Below are positions 23,257 to 35,477 of a stretch of DNA of 64,000 nucleotides, one piece after another. The DNA lies in contig NC_057753.1 of assembly GCF_004010195.1 (NCBI RefSeq), forward strand, positions 7,188,130 to 7,252,129, in the 5' to 3' direction. The position numbers were made by a program, and so were the translations under genes. The stretch is from Chiloscyllium plagiosum. Lineage: Eukaryota. Each line of letters opens with the position of its first letter. Positions within the stretch are counted from its first letter, which is position 1. Below the pieces are notes generated by a model that made no database searches, had not been told where the DNA came from, and was given only the letters and a program-made list of their open reading frames with translations.

Positions 23257-25275
23257 AGAACGGGAGAAAGAAAGAGAGTGAGAAGAAAGGGAGACAGAAA
23301 GGGAGAGAGAAGCAAGGGAGAAAATGATGGAGAGATGAAATGGAAAAACAGAAAGAGCGAGAGTTTGAACTTGAGAAGTTGTGGCTTCGTCAGCAAAGAC
23401 AAATTAACAGGATGGAGATTAAAAGAGTCGGCAGTAATATGTAAATATGTCACTACTCTGCTAAATTTTAATGCCGAAGACTTTGGAGCTTCTTTTCTTT
23501 CATTTGAAACTTTCGCTCGGATGATGGAATGGCCGGAGGATTTATGGCTAATGGTAATTCACATACAACTGTTTGGCACAGCTCGTGAGGTATTTGTCAC
23601 GCTGTCAGATGAGGTGTCAAGGGACTATGAAGAGGTTAAACAGTCTATATTAAGTGTTCATCAATTGTCATTGGAAGCATACACACAATGGTTCACAAAC
23701 ATAACGAAGGAAACAGGTCAGACTTACCTTAAGTTTGAAAGAATTAAATATGGTCATTTTGCTCGGTGAGTACTTGCTTTAAAAATTGATAAGACCACTG
23801 AGTCGCTCCGAAAGATTATTCGGCTGAATGGTTTTAAAATCTCACTTTTAAAGCTGGTAAGAATTCACGTGGATGAACAGAAAGTTCAGGAAATAGGAAG
23901 GGCAGCAGAATGAGCAGCTGAATACACGTTGCTTCAGAAAACAAGATTGCGAACAAAATTTCGACCTGTGAGGGATAGACGTTAGGAGAAGGGAGATCCG
24001 AAAAATACTTAACCAAGTGTGGAGAGCACTGGTAAGATTTTTGAAAAGATGCCCAATAGGAGCGAAAGGATGGGTAAGACATCAAGTGTTTCCACTGTGG
24101 TAAAGCGGGACATGTACGTTCGCAGTGCTGGCCAGTCAGGAAAGCTGCTGTGAAAAAAAAAGAAGTGGTAAGTGAAGCTAAGCCAGAGGCATTCGTGAAG
24201 GTATTAAAATAACCCCAAAAAGAGCCGAGGAGCTGCAGGAGAGAGCACAGCCTAGGCAGGGGCTCAGTATGGAGTTAGTACCTTATCTCAAAAAAGATTT
24301 CGCCTTTGTGGCTCATGTTTATTCCGAATGAACGGGGAAGAAATACAAAAAAAAAACCTAATGTTCAGAGATGCGGGTTCTCATCAGTCATTGATCGTGA
24401 AAGATGAGCAAATACGCAGTCTTACTGATCTGTAAGCCATGAGTGTGTAATCTGTGGGATAGATGGACGGAAACTTAGCGTTCCCCTATGTAAGATCTGG
24501 TTGGAATATCAACATAAGTCTGAGGAAGTTACAATGGGAGTGATTGACAGAGTGTCAGTTTCAGGATTTCAGTTTGTTCTTGGGAATGATTTGGCAAGAT
24601 CCAATGTGGGAGTGACACCCCATGTTGTGGAAACGCCCAAGAATGTCCAAGAAACTGAGGAGTTAAAATAGAAATAACCTGGTATTTTCCCAGACTGTGC
24701 AGTAATTAGATCTGACTATCATAAGAAACTCCACGAAGCGAAAAGTAGAGAAAGATGAAGGAGTTGAAGTTAAGTTAGCAGACACCCTGATTGACGTAAT
24801 GGTGCAGGAAAAACCTGAAGAGGCCGATGATCAGACGGGATTGTTTCGACCTGGAAAGCTAAGAGACGTGCAATAGCAAGACAACATGATGAAAAGTTTA
24901 ATATGTGTAGGCGTACTACAAAAAGAGGCAAAACATTTTCTGGGAGGTTGTAATCTATAATACAGAATTCCAAGACAGAAAATGAGACCACGGCTGGTTA
25001 GTGCAGAAGGGGAATGGGCCGAAGTGCACCAGAGCACTGGGAGCAGACAATCTGACGGTGTTACATGTGGCACACGAACTCGCTACTCGTGGTCAGATCG
25101 GGGTAGGAAATGCTCAGGTGAAGGTACAATATTATTTCATTGGCCTGAACTGCACAAGGATGTGGTAACCGTTTGCTGAAGGTGTCATACATACCAAATG
25201 ATAAGGCACAAACGGTAATAAAACCAGCATCTTTGTTGTCAATTCATTAATTTGAATAATTTTTCACGCGGGTTA
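22905..25275 (+). mobile_element. Gmr1-like Gypsy relic, copy b
   Basis: ORF 23203-23769 (coiled coil plus capsid), CFHCGKAGHVRSQC zinc knuckle near 24086-24128, RDAGSHQSLI, LGNDLA, HWPELHKDV integrase zinc-binding region. Confidence 0.82.
23229..23256. repeat. (GA)n microsatellite inside the gag coiled-coil region
   Basis: Run of AG dinucleotides within a purine-rich tract (~23160-23360). Confidence 0.85.
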
Positions 25276-25403
25276 CCACTCTTCCCCCCACAGATTCGGA
25301 CACATTCTGCTGAGTCCCAACACAGATTTCTGTTTTTGTTTCAATATTATTTACAACCAGTTCCTTTGCATGCCCCTGGTTTCGTCTCTTTCCCTATCTA
25401 TGG

Positions 25404-25521
25404 AGGAGAAAGTGAGGGCTGCAGATGCTGGAGATCAGAGCTGAAAATCAGTTGCTGGAAAAGCGCATCAGGTCAGGCAGCATCCAAGGAACAGGAGATT
25501 CGACGTTTCGGGCATAAGCCC
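25404..25521 (-). mobile_element. Short Penelope-derived terminal element (truncated hammerhead motif)
   Basis: GGAGAAAGTGAGG..TGCAGATGCTGGAGATCAGAG...CGACGTTTCGGGCATAAGCCC; absent from the homologous site near 12940. Confidence 0.7.
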
Positions 25522-26439
25522 TATCTCTGGAGCCCAATCTTCGGCCATCATAGCTGTTCTTCTCAACTGGATCAGGAAACTAAGGTTTTCTTAGTCAATT
25601 CTGCTGTTTGCTGCATTTTAACAGATGTTTCTACGAAAAAAATCAACGTTTCAAAACATTTATTTAATATTTTGAAATATTTTGTGGATTTTGTGCGTGG
25701 AAGGAAGGGCCAAAACAGATGCAACGGAGAACGTCTATATTTTTAGGTTTGCACGAATATTTTTCTGTAAATGATCAAAAGCAGAAAGCGACAGCAAAGA
25801 AAGCACAGCATCTGTGCAGACAGAAACAGAACTCAAGGTCATTAGATTTGTAATGCGAACATTGCATCTTTCTCTCTCCACGACCTCGCCATACCTAATG
25901 AGTTTCTCCAGCTTATCTTTAATTTCGGTTGTTCTCGATCTCCAGCATTCATAGTTTTGATTTATTTTATGTCAGTGTCTCGGGACTTATATTCAGTCCC
26001 GAGACAGACTTCAAGAGAAAGACAGCAATTAATTTGCGAATATCTAGTGCAGAAATAGATTTGTCTCAGATAATTTCTGTCATTCTCTGCATCTTCATAA
26101 TAGCTCGTCAGTTAACTGTTGAACCAACACCGATAATCTCTAAGAAACTGTGTTAAATCTTGTAGGCCCGATTTAGGCTTCGTATTAAGCTTCGATTTAG
26201 ACGTTTCCGAATTAGATTGGAAACTTGTTAGTAATTGAGCGAATTTAACGTCACTGGCCACGCCGTTCGATCGAGGATACTGATCGTGGGGCTTGCACAA
26301 CGAGAGAGTAGCATAAAGCAGGTTACTTCCACTGAGTTCTATGGGACGTGGAATGTCATGAGATTTATGGAAAATTGTCTGTGATGTTTCGTGAGGTGCA
26401 CCTCAACAAACGGATTATCTCACTGCAAAGTTATTCTCA

Positions 26440-27038
26440 GTGATATGGACGAGGCTCGGTATCACCAAAATATTTTGAAAAGGCAGCCTGACCCGAACTG
26501 TTCCTCATTTTAAACGCTGATGTGTTTTGGATATTCCAGGTGTGAGGCAGCTTGTCAAACCACTCGGCTTTAAGCAAAACATAACGTATTTAAGTACTAC
26601 AATTGAAACAAAAACGAAAGAATACATTATTTAGAATAACGAGCTAAACGATATGAAAAAACAAGTAATTCAATATAACAACTTAAATATGGAGTGGTTA
26701 GAATTCCCACATAGCCCATAAACACACCCATGGCAAAACGTAAATTCAAATTTAGGTTCTTACAGGAAGGAGAGATGTCAGAGAGAAACGTCAATCCGTG
26801 ATCATCTGCTGAAGCATGGAATCCTTTGCACAGTTGCAGCTTCTGCGCCTGCTAACAACAGCTTCTATGCTATAACTAAGCCAAACCGGACAAACTATGA
26901 ACAGGGAGAACCAATTACTTCCATGAGGTTGCTAAACCGGGCTCTTCCTAAAACGTATACAGACATCTGCCATTCCGAAATCCCTCGAAAAAGAAACCCA
27001 ACGGTAAATTACCCTTACTAAAGTGACACCATTGTCCT
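26440..27038 (-). mobile_element. Probable solo LTR related to the LTR at 21876-22487
   Basis: Shares AAAAGG(C/T)AGCC..GA, GGATATTCCAGG..GCAGCT, AGGTTCTT.CAGGAA blocks in the same order with no flanking gag/pol; the start of a homologue is seen at ~63865-63940. Confidence 0.5.
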
Positions 27039-28080
27039 TCCGTTTAGCAATTATGTTAGGCAGTAATGAGTGCAAACTTACATGGAATTAAAGTTGTTAA
27101 ATGGTGCATTAGCAACGCAACTTAGCTAATACATATTCAGCTTCCTAACTTACCTAATATGTTGAGCAAGGTAGCTGAGAAGAATTGTCAATAATGCAAC
27201 ATAGAGAAGGTACATGGTGACCTCAGCTCGCTCCTTGCCCTGAAAATCCACTCAGATGAACACCAGTTCCCAAGATCTCATGACACAGTCCATGCACGCC
27301 TTTTTCAGAAAGCTGCATGTCCACACATCGAAACGCACTTTAAGTGGCAGAAATCTGTGAAATCAAACTCAAAGCTCAGCGAAAGCTTAAAAAATACTTG
27401 AACTGTCAAACGTTCACTCTTTATTTTAGAAGACCCACATGCAGCGTTTATGGCTAAAACAAATAAGAGAGGTACAAACCAAAGGATCCCGGCACTCTCC
27501 AAGTCGATTCAACCTTTACAAAGAAAAAGTGTAATACCATAAATCTTACAATATGCTGAGAAATTGCAGATTACATGAAATGTACGTCGTCAGTCATGCT
27601 GAACATTTGCCTTACTAGTTTTACCAAACATTTATCGTTTGCATCATTCCATGGCTCTATTTCTGTTGCATGAACATTTTGTTTTAGCTAACCTCTGCAG
27701 TTCAAATCATACAAGGAGCCATTAAGAAGATTACTGACGTTTTATCAAGCTTGTACAATTTTTTTACATTCAGACTCGTCGTGAAAGCTCTTTCTGACCT
27801 TTTGCCACAGACCTGTTTAATTTGCTGATCCTTAATTCGAGAATTAGTCGTTTTGTCCCATCATGCAATGTTAAACGTTCCCCACAATGCCACACGCAGG
27901 CCTGAGCATTTATAATATGGCAAACTGCAAGAACAGACCGGGCACACTTGTGATCTACTTACAACACACTTGTGCAATTCTAGGTTCCACGGGAAATGCT
28001 CCAGCAAGGAACACATTGTGCGCTGGAGGAAATGCATTTAGCTCATGACTTGGACTAAGGTTGCATCCCTGAACCCTTTG

Positions 28081-28212
28081 AGGAGAAAGTGAGGTCTGCA
28101 GATGCTGGAGATCAAAGTTGAAACTTTATTGCTGGAACAGCACAGCAGGTCAGGCAGCATCCAGGGAACAGGAGATTCGACGTTTCGGGCACAGGCCCTT
28201 CTTCAGGAATCT
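28081..28212 (-). mobile_element. Short Penelope-derived terminal element with a complete hammerhead motif
   Basis: Same family as 25404-25521; the flank CATCCCTGAACCCTTTG is duplicated on both sides (28064-28080 and 28221-28237); absent at the homologous sites ~13590 and ~62870. Confidence 0.75.
28173..28212 (-). ncRNA. Minimal type I hammerhead ribozyme motif
   Basis: Minus strand: AGAUUC-CUGAAGA-A-GGGC(CUGU)GCCC-GAA-ACGU-C-GAAUCU, giving a 6-bp stem I, 4-bp stem II, loop-less palindromic ACGU stem III and a GUC cleavage triplet. Confidence 0.6.
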
Positions 28213-28939
28213 TTTCAGCTCATCCCTGAACCCTTTGTTTATTATCAAACACAATGCTAGTCCACCGTTGCCTGGGCTGTTTGCCTCCTCAAACAAAGAC
28301 ATTTGTCTCCTAAGACTTCAGTCTTGCCTTGCTGCTTCGCATGAACCCAGAGCATGATTGTTGTCAAGTTTTCACTCAGCTTCATTCTCGTCAAGAGAGA
28401 GATCCTTTGTACAGGGCTCCACAGCACAGTATGTTTGTGACAGACTCTGGCAGTAGTCAAGAGTAATGGGAACCGTCAGTCAGTCAGACACTCAAGACGT
28501 TCCATGTCAGGATGTACACCAATCGAATAAGCTTGGAACCAACTGTTGTATGTCCAATGGTGTTAGAGGGAAGGTCAACATTTAATGCCAATGTCTACTT
28601 ATGCTTGAACCGAGGGGCTATGTCATCTAGCGCCGAAGGCAGTCATGCCTCTACAAACATTAAAAACTATCTCTTGAATGTATTCAGTGACGTGACCGCC
28701 ATTGCCTGCTGTAGGAGAGAACTCCACATGTTCACTGTTCTCTAATAGAAGAAATGTTCCCTCATCTCAGTCGTACCAAATATCCTGAGACTTCGACACC
28801 TGGTGAAAGAGTCACGAACCAGGGGAAGGATGCTCCTGTATCGGTTAGTCCAGCAACGTTAAAAATGTATACCTTGCAGTCAGATAATCTCTCATCCTTC
28901 TAAGCTGTATTGAATAAACGAGCACCCAACTCCATTAGA

Positions 28940-29237
28940 GGGCGGCACGGTGGCACAGTGGTTAGCACCGCTGCCTCACAGTGCCAAAGACCCGCATTCA
29001 ATTCCTGCCTCAGGCGACTCTCTATGTGGAGTTTGCACATTCTCCCCGAGACTGCGTGGGTTTCCTCCCACAATCCACAAATGTGCAGGTTAGGAGAATT
29101 GGCCATGCTAAATTGCCCGTAGTGTTAGGTGAAGGGGTAAGTGTAGGAGAATGGGTCTGTGTGTGTGCGCTTTGGCGGGTCGGTGTGGACTTGTTGGGCC
29201 GAAGGGCCTGTTTCTACACTGTAAGTAATCTAATCTA
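28940..29237 (+). mobile_element. HE1-like tRNA-derived SINE, full length
   Basis: GGGCGGCACGGTGGCACAGTGGTTAGCAC A-box head, TGTGGAGTTTGCACATTCTCCCC core, GGGCCGAAGGGCCTGT tail shared with CR1/HER1, (TAATC)n end; absent from the other cassettes. Confidence 0.88.
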
Positions 29238-32200
29238 TCCTCGAGGACAGTTCTGCTGTCTCTCGTGACAGTTTTGTGAACTTCCACTCTGGCAAATGTA
29301 TTCTATCTCAGCGAGTGAGAACAAAACCACTCGTGATAGTCTAAGCGTGGTATCACAGAGCACTTTTAAAACTGTAGTTTCGTTTAAAGATTACAGCCAG
29401 ACCTAAAACAAACAACGCCGAGTTGAAACTGTCTCTTTAATGGTTTACGGCAACAGCAATTGGAGGTATAACCAGATGAACTCCTGAGACTTCACGTTTT
29501 GTTTAACAGAAATGGGATAGAATGCAAACATTCCACTCTTGAGGTGTATATCAAGCACAGCCCCATTAAAGTCATTTAATTACTGAATATATATTGACTG
29601 ATTTATCTCTTAATAAAAAGCGTGATAGATTCATATAGCATAGAAACAGATAGTAGGATCCAACTAGATCAGTCGACAATATTCCAAACTAAATTTCACT
29701 TGCTGCACAAATGCTGTCTGACCTTTCTGATGCAAAGGAATACTTGCCTCAATACTCGAATACTTTACGTCACTCAACAATTAATGGTTCCAAACCACTG
29801 GGAATGAAACAGTTGATCGTACTATCCTGTTCTCCAATGAGAGAGAGAGGTGACTATTGGTGGATTTACCCTGAGATTCAGAACAGCTCAGGCGTGGAGA
29901 GAGGTTAGAAAGAAGAGGTTTTCATGCTCACGTCACCTGGTGTGCTAATCTACTCTGTTGTTGTCAATGTGCATTGCAAGCAACGCATCGAAACAACTGA
30001 GTTAATTGACGCTATCCCAAAAGACAGTGTGATAATGCATGTGTAAACAGGAGAATGTATTAAATGGCAAAAACCTACATTAATACAAAAACATGGCATT
30101 TTAGATCTGTTAATTTAGGCAAACGTAATGTCGTTCATCAAAATTTCTTGAAAGGAGATTCTGGCCGGCAGGAGCATATTATGAGCAGAAAATTACTTTT
30201 TGAGGAACAAATGCCACAAATTTTGCTTTTGCCTCGATACCCCACTTGTAGATATTCACTCCGTAGAATCGCTGTAATCTGGAACAACCAGCAGAAAATA
30301 TTCAGTTTGTGCATGCATTTGTTGGTTTAAAGTGATCACAAGATCACAATGTTTCGCAAAATATCGTCCTCTTTGTCCAAAACAATTCCAGATGAAAATG
30401 ATTAGCAATTCACAAGATATGCTCCAACGAGGTGGATTCCCGAAGGAAACAGACAAAAGCAAGGACTTTCCAGGTGACTCAGCCACACAAGGTTCGCTTC
30501 AAATTAAGTTCGTCGAGGGGTATCTTTCTTGAATCATTTCTCAAGCAGTTTTGTTCTTGAGTGAGAATTATTCCCTGGCTCATTATTGTTACCTCTTTAC
30601 TTACTCATCAGAGAACACCTTTGACTCCAGAAGCTGTTCCACGTACTTCATATTCCTCTTTTGTCCAGTAGGTTGTGGAGAGCACATTGCACAGGATAAT
30701 GTGGTACAATATCCCTGAGATGTTCCGACTTGATTCCCAAGCCCTCCAATCTCATTGTCCAGGACATCCCTCCGTCTGCTCAACAAATTCTTGACCAGGT
30801 TTGTGCACAACATTTTCCGAAGTTCTTATCAATCGGAGTATTCCAAACCAAAATGAATAAGTTTATTTCCTATAATTTTCATCCTTCAACACGATCTTCA
30901 TAGTTTACCACAGAAGTGAATATAGGAATGATTTGAAGCTGTAATCCCCAAATAGCATCGCAACAACGTACGGTCTGAAGGTCCAGAAGAAAATTAAACT
31001 CACCAGATTCCGTGAAAATGCAGTCGAGTGTTTGAAAAATGTTGTTCAGCATTAGGCAGCTTTTCGTTGGAAATACCTCATGAAATCTGACAATTTCTGT
31101 GTTCGTTAAGATTCTTTTGCAATTGGATAAGCTGATAGAAAACGGAATACGGAAACATTGAACTGATAATCAAAGAAGGAAAACAAAACTTGCATAAGAT
31201 TATCTGAACAGCATTTCGTTTCTAAATCTCTCGATGAAATCACTGGAGGAATTCTGCATTATCTTCATGATTCTGTATCTGATTGCAATCATCATATGAA
31301 TGTCAGGCAACTATCATGGTTTGATACAACCCTTGTATGCCTTGATATATCCAGTGCACTCTAAAATACTTCATCACTGTTAGAAGTGTGTTTATCTTTT
31401 CTAAACTTAGTGATAGTGAGATCCCACTATCCTTCCATTGATTCTATTCCATCACATTTCCTATAACCCTGCTGTTACTTGCTTTCTGTCCATTCTCCCC
31501 GCCCTGTAACGGATTCCTTCACCAAAGGGAACATTTTTTTTCCTGTCTTCGCTAGCTATGTTTCTCATTTTTTAAATAATTCTTTACGCTTTATATATCC
31601 CCTGAATCTTTCCTGCTCCAAGGAAAGAAAATCCGTCTCCCAATTTATTCACATAAATATAACCCTATAAACTAGAAAATATGATGGTTAAACTTTTCTG
31701 AATCCTTTCAGTTGCAATTTGCTTGTTTCAAAAGCTTCCAGAACTGTAGCTGTGGTCTTATGTTGTTTTTTGTAACATTGCAGGAGACATTGTTTTCTAC
31801 TCTTTCATACAGACAGTTCCCAACATCTGTAACCAACTACACTTTTCAAACTGCCCTGGAATCAAGGCATAAGGGGGGAAGGCCAGTGCAATGAATGCTG
31901 GATCAGCCGTGATCCTATTGAATGAAAGAGCAGACTCGAGGGAACGAAGAGCCGATTCCTGTTCATTTTACTTATGGTCATATGGAATAGGGTCCACTTT
32001 CGGGATTGACAGCACAAAATCGGGGGAGTAAAACAAAATTGTACGAGTAGGGTTTTGATGGAATAATAAACTTCTTTTGTTCTGTATTACTGTTATATTT
32101 ATTCGAGTACCCCATGGAGTTGCAGACATGGCTATCAGAAGTCTTGTTCATGACATGCCAATGAGGTTTCGAACGATATTTAATGCAATGTCACACAAAA

Positions 32201-32616
32201 TGCTCTTGGGAGAAGTGAAGCACTTGGAATTGAAAGGACAGTGAGATGGGTCGTTTCAGATGGACCCCGTTACAGCTAGCATTAAAGTTTGTCGAATGCG
32301 TATGTGAGCAACACTGAAACTAAAGGGAACGAAAAGTGAAGCATTGGAAAAGTGAAGCATTGAATCTCAGATAACTGAAAGTCAGTAGGTCAGTAAAATA
32401 AAACATTTGATTGAACTCACAGTTTGAGCAGGGAACAGACAACAGAACAGAAAATATCTCCAAAGAAAAACGTTTGTCGAATTCATTCAAACTAACGTGA
32501 GTGATGGTATCACATGAATGACTCTCTGGAGACCTGAAGCATTCATAAATGTAAGCATCCTGGTCATGCACCAGCCACAGATATTTAGCACTGGCAGAAG
32601 TCATTGATTGTTGAAT

Positions 32617-32686
32617 ATGGTTAAACCATGGATTTTGTTCATGAAAGAAATGTGTTATCCGATTCTAGCAGTCATTTGCATTCCAG
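32617..32686 (+). CDS. GPR139-like GPCR, copy 2, coding exon 1 (MVKPWILFMKEMCYPILAVICIP)
   Basis: ATG at 32617, 70 nt, CCAG|GTAAAT donor; homologous to 2869-2938. Confidence 0.88.
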
Positions 32687-34124
32687 GTAAATCATTCTAG
32701 TTTTTCGTTTTTGTGTAAGTGTTTTTCTTTCATTGTTAATGCCCTACTGAGAAAAGAACTAATTGACAATGCCAATGTTTTATAACACAATGTTACCAAA
32801 AGCAAAATCAACAATTGTTTGTGGACACTTTCAACTCTTCATACTTTCTCAAAATATTACTACTGTAATAATAATAACGTAATATAACTGACGTTTGCAA
32901 TTTTCATTTTCCTTAATCCTTACACTATCAGACTACAGTGGATAGAATACCGATGTTACTGGCACACAAAAGTCTCAGTAGGTACGTGGTTAGCACTGTT
33001 GCCTCACAGCATCAGGGAACTGAGCACGATTCCATTTTATGGACAGTCTGCATGTAGTTTGTACGTTATCCCCGTGTTTTTGTGAGCTTCAGCCACTGGA
33101 CCTGGTTTGCTCCCACCGTTGAAAACCGTGAATGTTAGGTGGATTGGCCATTATAAATTGCCCACCGTGGGCAGGACGTGGAAAGTAGGTGCATCAGCCA
33201 TCAGTAATCCAGGGATAGCCTGATTCGGGTCACGGGTCTGGTTGGGCTGCTCTTTGCAGCGTCAGTGTGCAGTTGTTAGACCGAATGGTCTGAACTACCA
33301 TGTAATGATGCCACGAATTAATGGCTTATGTTGAAATGTTGATAGTCTGCATCTTCACAGTTATTTCAATCATGCATTGGAACACTGATATAAAAGTGAG
33401 GGGTGGGATATAGTAGTGATATAGTCGCTGGACTATTAATGCAGACAACCAGATGATGTGCTGAACTGTTGTTTACGCATCCCGCCACAGTCAACGATGG
33501 ATTCTGAATTTGAGAAAATTTATTGAATTAATGCAATGCTCGCACACGCACATAAAAGTCTATTGGGTTAATTTGCATTTGCAGAATTGTATTTGTAGAC
33601 ACATTCTGTTCTATTCAAAGAGCACGTAATCTGTAGGCAGCCATTTCGTTTTTGATAATCCATGGAACTTTTTATGAATTTACACTTTGAGAATAGAACT
33701 ATTCAGATACAAGGTTGGAAAACGTAGGGACTCTAGCCTCACACCATTTATGCATTGTCTAAGCTGAGGTGTCACTTTTTTGTGAACACCCGAAGTTAAC
33801 TCGGGAATGTGACTTGAAAAAAGTTCTGGCGTTGACATTTTAATGAATCGAAAACTGTAACCTTTTCTCAAAGATGAAAGACGTAACAGCAATCTGGGTG
33901 TGTTCAATATGACGCTTCAGAGTATGACATTTTGATAATTCGTGATCGATTCTTTCACCTATGATCCTACTCCATGATGTACGTGATGAAGGATCAGAGA
34001 TCTGAAGGCTTGTACTTCCAAATAAATCTGTGGTAACAAAGCTGGTGAAGGGTGCTTTTTAATTTCGTTCACCCTCATCGAAACTGACATCTGCACATCA
34101 TAATCCAATGATAACCAGGTATCA

Positions 34125-34345
34125 GGGGAGAAAGTGAGGACTGGAGATGCTGGAGATCAGAGCTGAAAATGTGTTGCTGGAAAGACGCAGCAGGTCATTC
34201 AGCATCCAAGGAGCAGGAGAATCGACGTTTCGGGCATGGCCTTTCTTCAGGAAGGCTCATTCCTGAAGAAGAGCTCATGTCCAAAACGTCGATTCTCCTG
34301 CTCCTTGGATGCTGCCTGACCTGCTGCGCTTTTCCTGCAATACAT
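34125..34345. mobile_element. Penelope-derived inverted-repeat element in the intron of copy 2
   Basis: Arms ~34170-34253 and ~34260-34345 are reverse complements, each with a CTGAAGA...AAACGTC motif; absent from copy 1. Confidence 0.75.
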
Positions 34346-34578
34346 AACCGGTTTTCCACCTTACTCAGGTCACGAACGTTCATAATGGATGTAAACTACC
34401 ATCCTTACCTCGTTAGGTTGACAAGGAATTGCATATGCATAACAATGTATTTTGTCTCTAAACTTCACTTTGGAGAATGAAACATGGGCAATGTATGCCA
34501 GCCAAGCCAATGACACCACAACTCAATGAACGATTCCTTTTTTTTTTGAAGTGCTGAACCTCCCTGTCTCTCTTACAG

Positions 34579-35477
34579 CGAATTCGATGACGATTTTGAT
34601 TCCCTTGCGACGCGACTGTGGTCTTTCCAAGTGTATCTCGGTTTACATGGTAGCTATGGCAACTTCCGATCTATTGGCCAGTATCATTAATATTGTCGTG
34701 TATCGCATTTTGAACTATTATTTTCCATTTTCCTTCTTGTCTCACACGCCTGTATGCTTATTCATTGCATACCTGATTACCATCACTCTCGATCTATGTG
34801 TTTGGTTCACCGTTTCATTCACGTTTGACAGATTTGTAATGATCTGCTGTCAGGAGTTTAAAAGAAAGTATTGCACAAAAAGAAACGCTATCACATTATT
34901 AATAATCGTCACAGCCCTGATCCTGTTAAAGAATATTCCGGTGTTGTTTGCATATGAGCCTGAGAAGATCGTTCAAAAAGTCCGGTGGGGCTGTAGAACA
35001 AGAGCAACTTTCTTAGCTTCACCTCTTGCGATGACGTTTGTCTGGTTTTACAGCGCCTCTGTTGCTTGGATTCCATTTCTGCTAATATTCGTGTTCAATT
35101 CTTTAACCGTCTACCTCATTTTCGTGGCAAATAGAAGGCGTATTGGACTCCAGGGGCACAGAAATGAGAATCATAGCAATTCAATGCTCGAGAATCGGAG
35201 GAAATCTATCATTTTATTATTCTGTGTGTCAGTCAGTTTTCTAATGCTTTGGTTGACATATTCCCTATGCTTGGTCATTACCAGAGTGTCACACCCTAAT
35301 TATTACCGAGGTGACTTCTCAAAAACTGAATATATCGCCACGGAAACAGGAAATATCTTGAAGCTGCTGAGTTGTTTCCTTAATCCATGTATTTATGCAG
35401 CAACACAGAACAAATTCAGGCAAACGCTGCTGAATATGATGAGACCTATATGGAAACCAATCCTCAGAATATGTTAA
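34579..35477 (+). CDS. GPR139-like GPCR, copy 2, coding exon 2 (spliced product 322 aa, intact 7TM)
   Basis: CTCTCTTACAG acceptor ending 34578; 899 nt open to TAA; same motifs as copy 1 (DRF, WGC, NPCIY). Confidence 0.9.

Larger units (their letters stand above)
9850..27040 (+). repeat. Tail of the preceding cassette plus a gene-less cassette; inverted homologues across ~37420-51100
   Basis: Inverted matches: 9850-12718 with 39789-42655; 13280-15210 with 37420-39595; 15660-20945 with 46130-51100; 20970-22490 with 42355-44150. Direct match: 22190-25400 with 9850-12940. Confidence 0.85.

Noticed and set aside
23203..23769. 188-aa ORF as a domesticated gag/SCAN gene
   Set aside because: Its start lies in a GA-rich tract, the paralogous copies are interrupted by stops and deletions, and downstream gag is broken.
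28940..29010. tRNA gene
   Set aside because: It is the tRNA-derived head of a SINE, continuing into SINE core and tail, with no complete cloverleaf.
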